Below are positions 1 through 12,724 of a stretch of DNA of 64,000 nt, piece by piece. The notes beneath the pieces were generated by a model. The model was given only the letters and a program-made list of their open reading frames with translations. It ran no database searches and was not told the origin of the DNA. Position numbers and translations under genes: made by a program. Position 1 is the stretch's first letter, and every line of letters starts with the position of its first letter. The stretch spans positions 86,986,001 through 87,050,000 of the forward strand of contig JBITNC010000001.1 of NCBI GenBank assembly GCA_050084985.1, written 5' to 3'. The DNA is from Nageia nagi. Its lineage: Eukaryota > Plantae > Pinophyta.

Positions 1-1306
1 CCTTCTATTTTGCACTGGAAGGATATAAAAAGAATACTAAGATATATGCATGGAATAATCAATTTTCACATCCATTATTCTCATTATTAGAAGTTGGAGT
101 GATTAGTTATAATGAATCAAATTTGGGTAGCAACTTAGATGATAAAGAGTCTACTTTTGGAAACTATTTCTCACTTAGATCAAGGATGGTTATTTGGAGT
201 TCAAGGAAGTAAGGATAATTTGCACTCTCTTCCATTGAGGCTGAGTACATTACAATCACTCCAACATGAGCATAAGCCTTATGGATTTGTAAGGTGTTGG
301 AGAAGATTGGTGAGAAGTAAGATTATTTAGTTTTGAGGATTTTGTAGGAACAATAGTTCTATGCCAAGAAGTCAAAATGTGAGTTTGGGATGGTCAAAGT
401 TTTGTACTTAGGGCATGTGATCAACTAGGAGGGAGTTTAAGTGGATGATAAAAAGATCCTTGTCATTAAAGAATGGTCCACACCCACCACACTCATGCAC
501 CTAAGGGGATTTTTGGGACTATGCAACTACTATCAAAGATTTATCCAGGAATTTTCACATTTGGTGACACCTTTGACATAATTGACTAAGAAGGATGCAT
601 TTATTTAGAGTGAGGAGGCTCAAAAGATTTTGAGGTGCTCATGAGAGTAATGTGCACTTGTCCTTGTAAAACAATTCCTAAATTTTCTATTCCATTTACT
701 ATTGAATGTGATGCATCTAACTATGGGGTAGGGGCTGTACTCATGCAAAAGGGTTAACCAATTGCTTTTGAAAGTAGGAAACTCACCCCTATAAAATAAA
801 ATATCAATATGTACGATAGAGATATATTAGAAGTCCTGCATACATAGGCTAGATTCAAGCAATTTTTGGTGTGTGAATGATTTGTGGTAAAGTTTAATCA
901 TAACAACATGAAATATTTTCTTGAGAAATATAATATATGTGACAAGTAAAAAAAATGGGTAAGCAAATTGTAGTATTATGATTTTAAGATTGAGTATATC
1001 AAGGGTAATAAAAATATGAATGATATACTCATGTAACAATTCTTTTAATTATCTTTATATCATTAATGTGATTGGAAAATGCCAATTATAACTTAATATG
1101 CTAATGATAAATTGGCTACTAACATTCTTGAAGGAAACCTAAAAGATTACATGTTTAGAGTTAGAGAAGGGATGATCTTATAGAAAAATAAAATTCACCT
1201 TGTATCATGATAAAAAATGAAAGAGAAGGTCATTATAACCATGCATGATACACCATTAGTGGGACATCCAAGAATAGTAAAAATATACAAAGCTATGAGA
1301 GAGAGA
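1..1306 (+). mobile_element. Degenerate chromoviral Ty3/gypsy element A, pol part 1 (RT C-term, RNase H, integrase Zn-finger start)
   Basis: Manual translation gives IECDASNYGVGAVLMQKG*PIAFESRKL from 701 (gypsy RNase H) and MHDTPLVGHPRIVKIYKAMRER at 1241-1306 (HH of integrase HHCC). Many stops and frameshifts. Confidence 0.9.
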
Positions 1307-2770
1307 TGTTAACCTACAATGTTGTAATTATTACCAAAGGAGATTAAGACAATGTTATTATTGCCAATAATGCAAATAACTCATAGTAAGAAAGAATTTT
1401 TTATTGAAAAACATATTTTATTAGAGTTTTGGCAATATTTACATTATGAATTTAGAAGGACCCATTAAAACTAAATATAAATAAAATAATATTGTTCCAA
1501 CAAAATTAATTGGACATACTTTGAATTGAATGGATAGAATTCAAATCTCTCAATCAGAACACTTCCTATGGTTAATATGACTCTAATTCACCATGATGTA
1601 TGATTAACCACCACCGATAAGACATGTATTAAGCAAAATGAAGTTGTTTGATTTGTTTGCTATTCTGATGGAATTTGGTCTACTCCCCTTTTCCATATCT
1701 CCAACAAAATCAAATGATCTGCAAAATATTCAAAAATGGCTAAGCATAATGTTATTTTATTTAATTGCTATTCTAATAAAGTTTTTTTCATTACAATGCT
1801 ATGAATCCTTAAATGCTTATACATAGAAGGAAGAGCCTATGCAATCATAGAAAGTTTTATTTTGGGTGAATCTATTATGCATATGTAATATCTTGACATC
1901 ATACTTTTCTGTAATGCAAATTTCCTTTGTATTGTTGTATTTTTTAGGTACGAAGAAACCTTATGACATCAATGCTCTCTAAAGTGTGAATTTCCTTTGT
2001 ATTATTTTATTTTTAGGATACAAAGAAATATTGTAACATAAACATTCTTTGAAGTGTAAGGCTTATGTGAATCTCTTAGGTCCTATGTGAACAGAGACAA
2101 GCTTGTGTGGAGAGATACTGAAGGTGGTCGAAGGTGATATGCAATAGTAAACAAGCTTGTGTGAAGAAAAATGACCTTGTACAAACAATTCAAAGCTTAT
2201 GCAGAGAGAAAGAGCCTTATATAGAGACATAAAGTGTTATGCAAAAATCTAGAGTCTTATGCAGAGGATCAATATCTTATGCAGAGAATTATTTTTCCCA
2301 AATTGCAGTTATGAGAATGTTTGTAAAATAGCTATGAAGTTTTAATTGCTTTTGGAAACATGTATCGTAGCTCAAACATGATTGTATCTTCTTGAATTCT
2401 CAATTCTTATAACTAAAATTGATAAGATTTTAACCAAATGAAAAGAATAGAGAGGATAATTACAATGTGGATTAACTATAGAGAAAATAATATACACAAA
2501 ATATGGTGGCAAAGTATGTATAGTTGAATATAGTGAAAGATATAAAAATTCTAAGAGTAGAGAGTTGGAACATTTTTCTTGATGTATATAATATTTTTGA
2601 TATTTTGAAGGTGCAGTGTAATAATGTCAAGATATGTTAGTGTCCTGTTGATTAGGATTGTGTAATATATGCACCGCGAACAATCTTAACCAAAGTAAAT
2701 CAAGAACAGACTATGGTGACAGTCTGATCTCTAGAGAAGGCCAGTTCCTTATACATTAGGTGTAGGAGAA

Positions 2771-2895
2771 GTAACAAGAAAGAAAATAAAAAAGAGGAGA
2801 GTGCAAGGAATTTAAGCAAAAGGGTTAGGGTAGCAGGAAAGAAAATAAAAAAGAGTAGAGTGCGAGGAATTTAAGCAAAAAGGCTTAGGGTAACA
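2771..2895. repeat. ~59-bp tandem duplication in LTR (U5 side)
   Basis: GAAAGAAAATAAAAAAGAG.AGAGTGC.AGGAATTTAAGCAAAA occurs twice; also present at ~14573-14697. Confidence 0.85.
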
Positions 2896-3501
2896 AGAGA
2901 GAAAGCAAAGGTGGATCACTAGTTCAGCACGGGCTTTCACAGTGTGTGAAACCTTGGTTTGAATCTAGTGTAGCAGCTACGGTACAAGCTCTCACTCTCT
3001 AATAGTTTCCCAGCTTTACTCTACCATATAGCAGACATAGTTATACTAGAAGCTCATGATTATCATTCAAGAAACAAGCCAAAGCTGCCACAATGTAACC
3101 AAATTAAGAATGACAATTACAAGTGCTAGACAAGAAAGGTCAAGATGGTATCATATTACTGATAAAAACTACAGGTCTTCAAGAACAAATGTAAAGAGCA
3201 ATACTAGGGCTTTCGACCCTTCTTTCACTTTATTTTCATATACTTATACTGAAGCAACAACAGTTACAAGAATTGCAGAATAGAAATGTTTACAAAATGG
3301 CTTCAAGATTCTAGCCTTCTTTTAATTGATACTACCTACATACGCCACTTGGTAGAATATTACAAAACTAGGTAGATTGCAGATGATACGACTTCTTGAT
3401 GATTGTGATATGACTTCTCGCTATCCTCATCTCTTTTGGGATATTCTATTTACTGGCTCTGGCTATTTGATCTCTCTTTGCTGTTCTCATCTCTACATTT
3501 C

Positions 3502-4140
3502 GAAATGCTCTATTCACTGGCTCCAGCTATTTGATCACTCCTTGCTGACCTCATCACTTCCAAGACCCAGTTTCATTCAAAAATGTGAACATCACTCTCC
3601 CCATGATGTCATCTTCATACTTTTAGAATGCTCTACTCACTGGCTCCGACTATTCGATCACTCCTTGCTGACCTCATCACTTTCGAGACCCAGTTTCATT
3701 CAAAAATGTGAACATCGCTCTCCCCATGACATCATCTTCATACTTTTGGAATGCTCTACTCACCGGCTCCAACTATTCGATCACTCTTTGCTGACCTCAT
3801 CACTTTTGGGACCCAATTTCATTAAAAAATGTGAACATTATTCTCCCCATGATGTCATCTTCATACTTCTAGAATGCTCTACTCACTTTCTTTGGAACCT
3901 AGGCTTTTCCACAACTGAGCTTTTATCATTTCATTTCGAAATGCTTTATCTACTGACTCTGGCCCTTTTAATCATCGCTTGCTGACATCATCATCTTCGA
4001 AACTCGATCTTTACCAAAATGCAACTATCTTATCCTCTATGACATCATCATCTTATTCCAGAATGCTTTACTTATGGAACACTTAATTTATAGGCTCCGA
4101 CTTCTTTGATTATCTCTTGTTGACCTCATCACTTTTGGGA
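3502..4140. repeat. 123-bp tandem repeats in LTR U3 (3 full units plus degenerate ones; copy at ~15303-15950)
   Basis: AATGCTCTA unit starts at ~3502, 3625, 3748 and 3871 (period 123). Each unit carries TGACCTCA and TGATGTCA/TGACATCA. Confidence 0.92.
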
Positions 4141-4362
4141 CCCAGTTTTGGGTTAAGGCCTGAAATCGTTGATGTCATCTCTTTCAGAACCCAGGTTACT
4201 CAACATTAACTTTGAGGGGCTTTTCTTCTTTCATAATGAAGTAATTACTTTCAAAAACTATTCTTAAAACCCATTGTGATTATGCTTAGCTTATGTCACC
4301 TCCAGAAGTGATCATACTTTCAAAAAAACCTTGGAGTAGTGATTATGTATTAATATACATTT

Positions 4363-4380
4363 TGGTGACATCTGTGGGAA
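4363..4380 (+). promoter_or_regulatory. PBS-like tRNA-complementary site at the position where element C's PPT should be
   Basis: TGGTGACATCTGTGGGAA, 3 nt (TTT) from the LTR end. Element-sense reading is TCCCACAGATGTCACCA-AAA-TGTA, resembling plant tRNA-Leu(UAG) 3' end TCCCACAGCTGTCACCA (recalled); weaker match to tRNA-Lys(UUU). Confidence 0.75.
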
Positions 4381-4447
4381 AATTTCACCAATTACAAAGA
4401 AATTTTAGAACCCAGAATCTTATTTGAATGAATCAATGAATTAGACT

Positions 4448-7400
4448 TCAATTCTGTATACTCAAGAGTTGCTGAACCTTACTCCAGTCTGTGGAGATCC
4501 CAGAAAAATCCTTTAGCCTTGCATGGGCTAAAGCTGTAGTGTTCAAAATTTCATAAGACACATGAGCATATTTTATCAATAATTGCTGAATGTGAAAGCC
4601 ACCGTCTGCCAAAGAATCAAAGAATTTTATCAAATTGGTTTCATCAAATGAAACCAGGAGCATATCAACGTCATTACTGCTTTGAATCCTGCTCTGTAAA
4701 CCACTCAAAAACTCAGCTTCAGGGATAAGTGAACCGTCGCTTCTCCATAACTCTAGGATTTTGGATGCATTTAATCCCTGAATCTCTAACTTCATGCTTT
4801 CCATTTCTTGTGTTCGGCATGGGATATTACTCTTGATCTCCTGATAAACCCATTTCCCCCTCACTGGGTAGTCAATTGCTAACATGAGCTCCACTTAATC
4901 ACCGATATTATAAGACTGTAGCTTTTCATTCGAGAGGCTGTTCAACATCTTATTTGCTTGCTTGGCCTATTCTGAGATGGGATTCAAAATATTCTCACAT
5001 CTGGTGACCTCAACCTTGAGCCTTTTGAGCTCTGATAAACATGATTCTACATGGTCTCTCAGATGAATCAAATCTTTGATTTCCTGTGCCCTCAGCTCCG
5101 AAAATCATTTCTTTATATTTAACAAAAAGGATTTGTCTACCTTATTCACATTCATACTTAATTAGAGTTACGCTATGTTGGCATTCAAACCGCTAATCTT
5201 CGCTACTCTGGCTGCTATCTTAGCATCTCTCTGAGATATGATGGCATCTTTCTGGCTCAAAGTGTCTGCTATAGGAGCTATCACTAAACTAGCCTTCAAA
5301 ATTGATATATTATTTTTAGTAGCTTTCAATTTTAATTTTTGAGTGTCTAACTGCTACTTCACAGCTTCATGGGCCTTTTGCAACTTATTGTACTTGACCT
5401 CCAATTTTGTCAGCTCTGATATGTTGAGGTCTACTGTAGTTTGCAAGAGCTCATTTTTATCACTCCGAGATATGCTTCGTGTGTCGATTTTTACCCGAGT
5501 GTTCATAGAGGAGAGATCACTTTTCCCTTCTTGGGGGTCTTAGGCAATAGCCATTTCAATCACCTTATGCTTTAGATCCATTAAAGTTCGAAGCTTTACC
5601 AGATTATCTAGAACTGGGAGCTTCTTGATTTGCTTCTGCATCCATGCATCTCGTCCCTGTTTCATCTATTGGTACTGCTGCATGATGCCATCCATAGATA
5701 CTTATTACCCAGATATCATAATGAATGGAGATTCGATGCTCAACTCCTAAGAGGAGGAGGCCACGATCTGCTATGCTGGTGTCACAGGGCTAGCTTGACT
5801 GGGCCCAAGGACACTACTACTGGATGGATCCATGGTAGGAAGAGCTAGAATGGATGGAGGAGAGGATGATGGAGGTGGAGATGGCAAAGGTGATGATGGT
5901 ATTGTAGTGACGCTAATGATGGGGGAACTTGTGGGCTAGATGTGAGGGGAAGGGAGCTTTGCCATTGAATAGGTGGTGGTGGTGTTATGAGAGATTGGAT
6001 GGGTGAAGCTGGAATAGCTGCTAGAATTTGTGGAAGTGAACTTGGAATGGAAATGGGCATGGTAGAAATAGACAGAGTAGGAGTAAGAGAAATAGGGGAA
6101 GAAGGAGTAGAGAGTGTACCTGATGGAGTAGGGCTCCTTCTTCTTCTCTTTAGCGATGGTGGGAGCGGTGCCATCTCCTTTTGGACTTTTCTTTTAACAG
6201 TATACACCCTCCCGGGCCTCCTAATTGCTATTTCCATGGAAACCTCCCTGGTTCCTCCCTCGGGTTGCTCCTCCTAAGCTGATGCTTGGGACATTGCAGG
6301 TCCCTGCTCTCCCTCCTCATCACTATCATCCAAACCTTTGCTTGCAAGGATGTCTGTAGGATGTTCTATTCTCCACATCTCCTCAAATTCCTCATCTAAA
6401 TCAGAATCTAGAGGGGTATTCTAATTTTCAGACTCAATCCGGTACTGGGTAAAGGTAGCTATTTTTTCTTCACTCCATCTCTGATCTCTTAAGGTTTTCA
6501 AAGACTTTTTGGAGATGGAGTCTATTTTTGGGTCAAAATTTATCTTTTTGCTATAAAAACTCAACCATGGTGGTAATAAATCTTTAGTAATCAAGGTAGT
6601 GGGCATTACCTTATCTTCATGTTCTGGGTTTCACCACCTAAGTAGCTCCGACCTGGATTTAGCTCTGAAACTCAGGGGGTTGGGCTAGCCCCTCAACCTC
6701 TTACCAAAGATATCCTTCAGATCATATAACAAATACTGACTAAGTTCTTTCAATTTTAAATTCAATAATTTACCTTTTAATTATTCATTTTCTCCCCTGC
6801 TTTGAAGCACCAAGTCGTGCACTTTATGAGGAAGGGCATAAACTATCCTCTTCTTTGCTGCAGCTCCATATTTAGAATCTATATAATCCATTTATCTGGC
6901 GTATTCCATGCTGAAAACCTTATCTGTTACATGGACTGGTAGTAAGAAAGGAGCCCCAGAAAACCCATAAAGCCTGATGAAAGTCCCCTCCTCTGTGAAG
7001 AACCAGTCCCCAGTCTCTCCATGTGGCATCCAGAGGTAAAGCTTAGAAGCTATTGATAATCTTGGAACTACAAGGGTAAATAAACTCATTACGAGAACCA
7101 AAAAGCTTTCTACAAAGAAGTAATAATCCGTTGAAGACCTCACCTCCTCAGTCCATTGGTCCATCGGCTTCTGAGAACCTCTTTCATTAGTCCGAACCAA
7201 GGTTAAATTCTTAAAAACATCAGCATTCTGATGAATCATCATCCAAACAATGTGTGACACATATGTAAAATGGGATCCCTCACTAATCTTTTCTAGCTGT
7301 TCAGACATTCCATCTGAAAGGGCAATGGCCCAGTCATACATTATAGGAGAGTTTGGATGGGAAATCTGGTATACAATAGCTAATTTTGATGAAAAGACAT

Positions 7401-8040
7401 ACCTATCTATCTCTTTGACCGTTGCTATGGTCAACATGGATAATAATAATTACAGATGTGTAGAAAAATTGGAGAGCGGGAGCTCAGAATTGGGAAACTC
7501 CATAAATTTTACAGTCCTAGCTGCATTTTTATTTAGCCAGGCCGTGATATTTGCTCTTAGATTGGAACTGGGGGTCATATACCAATTAATGTGCACAAGG
7601 GAACACATAGGGGAGGGTGGATTAAAAGCCTTTACTACTGAAATGGAATCCAAATTTAAGATAGTTCTACCTTGCAAGTCTCTGACTATCCTGGTTGTAG
7701 GATCAAATGCCCCCTTTATAAACTCTATCAACTCAGGAGCAGGAAAGCATCTATGGGGGATGAAATACATGAGACCCGACCCCATTGGTGAATGTGCTAT
7801 ATGATTAAAATTGAAGTTTGGGCATTTACCTTCAGCGGTGCCCTTCAGGTTCTTATTTTGGGCTATTATTTCAGTATCCCACAATAATTCCATGGAATCT
7901 GTTATTTTCCTTATTGTCTTCACCAATGATCCTAAGCTCATTTCTGTTTGCTTATGCTACGCTTATCAACTCTTCTTGTCTCACTTATGTCACCCCTAAC
8001 CAACACTTTGCTTTACTCGGATTCTTCTGCTATATTCCAT
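4448..8040 (-). pseudogene. Disrupted ~3.6-kb extra ORF of element C downstream of integrase (same sense as pol), function unknown
   Basis: Collinear ORF pieces 7450-7941, 6892-7437, 6421-6606, 5845-6237 and 4448-4894: globular N-term, acidic stretch, basic KRRRR, Pro/Ser-rich linker, coiled-coil-like C-term. Confidence 0.75.
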
Positions 8041-8439
8041 AGCTCCTGGCAATGCGCAGTAGATACTAGTTTTGCAAATTTGTAAGCGAATACTTCTTAT
8101 GAATTTTGGAATTTAGGTATTTTTACGAGTAGTGCTCTTGGTACTTTTATAGCTCCTTTCGTTGATTGATGCACAATCTCTTGGAATGTGCACAATATCC
8201 TCACAGATGGTAGTATTAATAACCAATTTGATATTATGCACTCTTTTCGGGAACTCCAAGATTTGATTTTTTATACCCTTTTGGAAACTTCAATTCTACC
8301 AGCACAAAAGTATAACTACCACTAAGTTACTAATAAATAACTGACAACCATAACGATAACTTGAAATAAATGCAAACGGCACACTATTTACAATATGTGT
8401 ACAAAATCATATTTTTTCAAAAAAATCACTGTCCCGTGC

Positions 8440-9600
8440 TTGCGGTCTTATATCGCTTTAGGTACTATCCATTAACTGAAATCGGCAATTTGCACCCATT
8501 TAATTTTGCCAGCTCAAAGGCATTTTTCCCAACACATTTAGCTACTACATAGGGTTTGGACCACATGGATTCAAATTTTTTGTGTTTCCCCGGTTTAGCT
8601 CTATCCTCATCTCATTTCATTACTAAATCTCCTTCTCTGAAAGTATCTGGAGTTGATTTTTGACCATCAAACCATCTTTTTACTATTTCATTTCTTCTTT
8701 GGAGGTCTTCATATGATTGATTCCAGAGCTCTTCTAGATGCAACAGTTCATTCATCTGAACCTCGAGAGATTCAAAATCCTCACCATATTCCTGCAAAAC
8801 TTTTAAAACTGGAAGCTCGGAATGACTTGGTAATACCACCCTTTTACCGTATACCAATGTATATGGGCTGGTTTTAATGGCTAACTTTACTGTGATCCTA
8901 TCTGCCCATAATGCCCAATTGAGCTTTTCGTGCCAAGTTCGGGGATTATCCTCCACTTTTCTTTTGAGAATCCGAATCAAATTTTTGTTTGTGGACTCAA
9001 CCAAACCATTACCCTGGGGGTAATAATTTGAGGAAGTTTTCCAATAGATACCTAATCTCATAGCAAAATCAATAACTTCAGCTCTTACAAATGCTAAACC
9101 ATTATCCGAAATTATCATTTGAGGAACACCATACCTGGTAATTAACTTTTCTACAAATCTTAGAATAGTCTTCTGATTTGCCTCTTTTACCACCTTTGCT
9201 TCCACCCATCTGGTAAAAAAGTCTATGGCAGTAAGGATGAATTTGTGTCCAGAAGAGGAGTTTGGATTGATGACTCTGATAAAATCTAGCCCCCACTGTT
9301 GGAAGGGTTCTTCTACTTAGATTGGTTCCAATGGTAATGCCACATTTCTCTTTCTTCCCACATACCTCTGACACTTCTCATAATTTTGTGCCTTTGCAAA
9401 AGCCTCTTTGAACATAGTGGGCTAGTAATATCCCACCTGAATGATCTTACCCACTATCGTGTATTCGGAGTAATGACCTCCAGACTCTTCGGAATGAAAC
9501 TCTTCAATGAGTTTAGCTGACTTTGTCACCGATATGCATCTTAGCAAAATGCCATCATGATTTCTCCTATAAAGTATCTGATCTACCTTCGTGTAATTCT
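8440..9600 (-). pseudogene. Integrase of element C (disrupted)
   Basis: ORF 8612-9205: ITRYGVPQMIISDNG...SSNYYPQGNGLVESTNK...FREGDLV (DDE core), with the Zn-finger upstream. Confidence 0.93.
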
Positions 9601-9616
9601 AGGCGTGTATCTTGAA

Positions 9617-11200
9617 TCACCTTCTTTGGGATGCATTCATGTTTCCTGGCAGTTTTTTGGTCTCAAAATATTTGCTTAATTGCTCCATCCAATCCTTTAT
9701 CGTATCTCCGGGTATGGATTTCGGGGTTTCTTGTTCAACAAAGCATACCATCTCCTTTTTTGGTATCGTAGGTTTTGCAAGTTGCTCACAAAGTGCTCTT
9801 CCTTTTATGAGCTTGGTGGGCCGAATTTCCACATTGTATTTTAGAATTTTTGAAATCCACCTGGGTCTTCCTTCTCCCAATTCTCCCTACATAACATAAG
9901 ACCTAACATCTGGTTGTATAGTTAGAATCAAAATCCTGCTCTGAGAAATGTAATGTTTTAACTTACCAAGTGCTTTCACAATAGCTAGTACCTATTTTTC
10001 AATGAAAGTGTATTTTTCCTCACAACTGTTCATAGTCTGGCTGAAAAATGCGACTGGATATTCTTCATTTCTTTCGTACTTCTGGGTTAAAATGGCTACA
10101 ACACTAGTATCTGAACCATATGCGTACATAATAAATTCTTTGCTAAAATCTAGATTTCTCAGTACAGGAGCTTTTGTAATTGATACCTTAATTTTCTGAA
10201 AAGCTTCTTTACCTTCCTCAGTCCATACAAAAGGAGTATCTTTTTTTAGCATCCGGGTGATAGGTTTGATAATGTTTGAGAAATCCTGAATAAATCTTCC
10301 GACAAAGTTACTCTGACCCAGAAAAGATTGCAGAGACTTCTTATTAGATGGGAGAGACAAGTCATTTATAGCTTTAACTCTATCCGGATCAATAGCCCAT
10401 CCCTCTTTTGAAATGACATGGCCCAATAATTTACCCTCATCTACTGCGAAGATAGACTTCTTAGGATTTAGGGATATACCATACCTCTTACATTTGATGA
10501 AGGCTTGCTCCAGATGTTGAACATGCATGTTTCTATCGTGAGAGAAAATAGTAATATCATCAAGGTATACCAACAGACTCTTATTTACCAGCTCTCCAAA
10601 CGCATAATCCATAGCTCTCTGAAAGGTAGCCCCTTCATTGGATAGTCCAAACGACATTCTCTGAAAAGTAAATGTGCCCCATTTAGTTGTAAAAGCTATT
10701 TTGAACTGATCTTCATTCCGGACCCAAATCTAATTGTACCTGGAGAAACCATCTATCAAAGAGAACTTTTCAGCTCTGGCTATAGTATTTAGTATTTGTT
10801 CCATTGGAGGTAAGGGGTAATGATCCTTCAATGATACTCTATTCAAACCCCAGAAATCTACACACAATCTTATCTCACCATTTTTCTTCCGGATAGGCAC
10901 AAGATTGGCTACCCAAGTGGAATGCTTGATGGGATAAATTATCTAAGCCTTGTATAGTTTCAACACCTCCTACTTCATGGCAACTTCGATCTTGGGGTTT
11001 ACTGGTCTTTGTTTTTATCTTACTGGTTTAGCATCATCTATCAACTCAATTGTATGCTGTATCACTGATTTGTCAAAAACCTTTAAATCATCATAAGACC
11101 AAGCGATAACATCAACATACGTTTTGCATAACTGTACAATTTCCTGAATCTATTCCAGAGTATTAGATATACCAATTTTTAATGACTTACCTAGAAAAAC
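9617..11200 (-). pseudogene. Reverse transcriptase and degenerate native RNase H of element C
   Basis: MSFGLSNEGATFQRAM...LVYLDDITIF. The RH region reads EFIMYAYGSD, lacking the usual DAS catalytic Asp, as is typical of Tat elements. Confidence 0.93.
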
Positions 11201-11422
11201 TTCATGTTCTTTATAGTTATCTGGGTTTATATTCATACCCCTTCTTTTTACCTGGTCACTCCTGTCAAACAATCCTTCGAATGGAATCAAATCTTTAGGG
11301 AGTTTATTGTTATTTAGCTGAATTATGTCTTATTCCTAGAAAACTTTAGAGTCCTCTTCTCCTACTGCATGACATACCACTTGTAATAAAAATTGATTAA
11401 TTTGAGCTTCATCCTAGAAAAC

Positions 11423-12658
11423 CTACCAAAAGGAATCATTATCCGAAACTGATGGCCTAAAAATGAGCTGAACACCCTTTCTCTGGAACCAGTCATTTGT
11501 GGGATCAAAACTGGCTCCCATTTGTACTAATGCATCAACTTCTTGGTTGAATTTCCTTGGAATAGACTGAATATGCAATGCTTCGAAATGCTCAAACAGA
11601 TCCCAGACCTGATTCCTATAGGCTTTCAAATAATGATGTTTGATTGAACATTTACCTGTCACTTGTTTCACGATCAAATCTGAATCCCCTTTGATCTTTA
11701 GACACTGAATTTTCATTTTGATAGCTTGTTCTAGTCCTAGGCAAAGAGCTTCATATTTTGCCATGTTATTTGAACATAACCAGGTGAGTCTGAAAGAAAA
11801 TCTATGTACCTTACCAATTGGGTTGGTCAGGATAATCCCAGCTTCGGATCCATTTTTGGATCTTGCCCCATCAAAAGACATCTCCCACATTTCATTTCTC
11901 CTGAAATCTTCCCTTGTGAGTTTCGAGATGAAAGATTCTAGCTCTATTAAATAATAATTTCCAAACTCCACATTGTAGATGGTGTTGAGCATACTCATAC
12001 TACAAGGGTCTTCAGTTTGCAGCTCTTCCAGTAATTCATCTGATTCTTCCAATTCACCAAAGTTTACGCAAACCTCCTCCTTTTTCTCTACGTGAAAATC
12101 AAAAATTTCCTCATTATTCAGTATTACCCTCTTATTCCCACAAGGGATCAAATAATGGGTGTAATCCATTGCTAGATAACCCCCTATCTTAGCTGTAAAC
12201 TCTCTAGACAGACATAGCCCGAACAAAGGGGGCAGCTCAACAACTACAACTTCTTGAATAATAATTACAAAGGGACACTTATGTATTTTCAGCACTACAT
12301 CCTTGATTACTCCTACTATTTTGATAGGTGTGGAATCTAGTTGTAATACTCTGATGGATGTTCTTATCATAGGAAACCCCATTACATCGCACACTACTTT
12401 AGGCATCATAGTAGTAGCTGCCCCAGAATCAACCAAACAATTATGGAGTACATATCCTTCAATTTCCAGAGTCATGTAAAAAGCTGGAGGTTTGTTCTTT
12501 CCCGTCCCCAGATATTTTGATGTTTCAAAAAGATTAAGCACTCTTTCCATTCCTTCATTCAATGCTATAAGAGATGTTTTCAGTAAATCAATTTGTTTAG
12601 GAATTTTTAGAGCTTCAAACAAGGACACTCTCGCTAGAGTTCTCTTTAGCTCTGCCAT
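11423..12658 (-). pseudogene. Aspartic protease followed by archaeal-type RNase H (aRH) of element C
   Basis: CLVDSGAATTMM (protease), then WEMSFDGARSKNGSEAGIIL...SNNMAKYEAL...IKGDSDLIVKQV...PRKFNQEVDAL (RNase HI), all upstream of RT. Confidence 0.93.
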
Positions 12659-12724
12659 AATGTTGAACTCTAGGATAGTCGGAGGTTCACCAATTTTGTT
12701 TCTGAATCTGTCAATAAATTTTCC

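Larger units (their letters stand above)
2646..4359 (-). repeat. 3' LTR of element C
   Basis: TGTTGATTAGG...TAATATACA. Matches 14448-16160 with about 19 mismatches in the first ~340 bp by hand count, mostly transitions. Confidence 0.97.

Noticed and set aside
3377-3985. 202-aa ORF with 41-aa Cys/His-rich repeats
   Set aside because: By-product of the 123-bp LTR repeat; the homologous frame in the other LTR is broken by stops.
4363-4380. tRNA gene at the tRNA-like motifs
   Set aside because: Only 14-18 nt of 3' end including CCA, with no cloverleaf or A box; these are primer-type sites, not genes.
7250-7804. 184-aa + strand ORF and other + strand ORFs within element C
   Set aside because: Antisense shadows of minus-strand coding sequence with no recognisable motifs.
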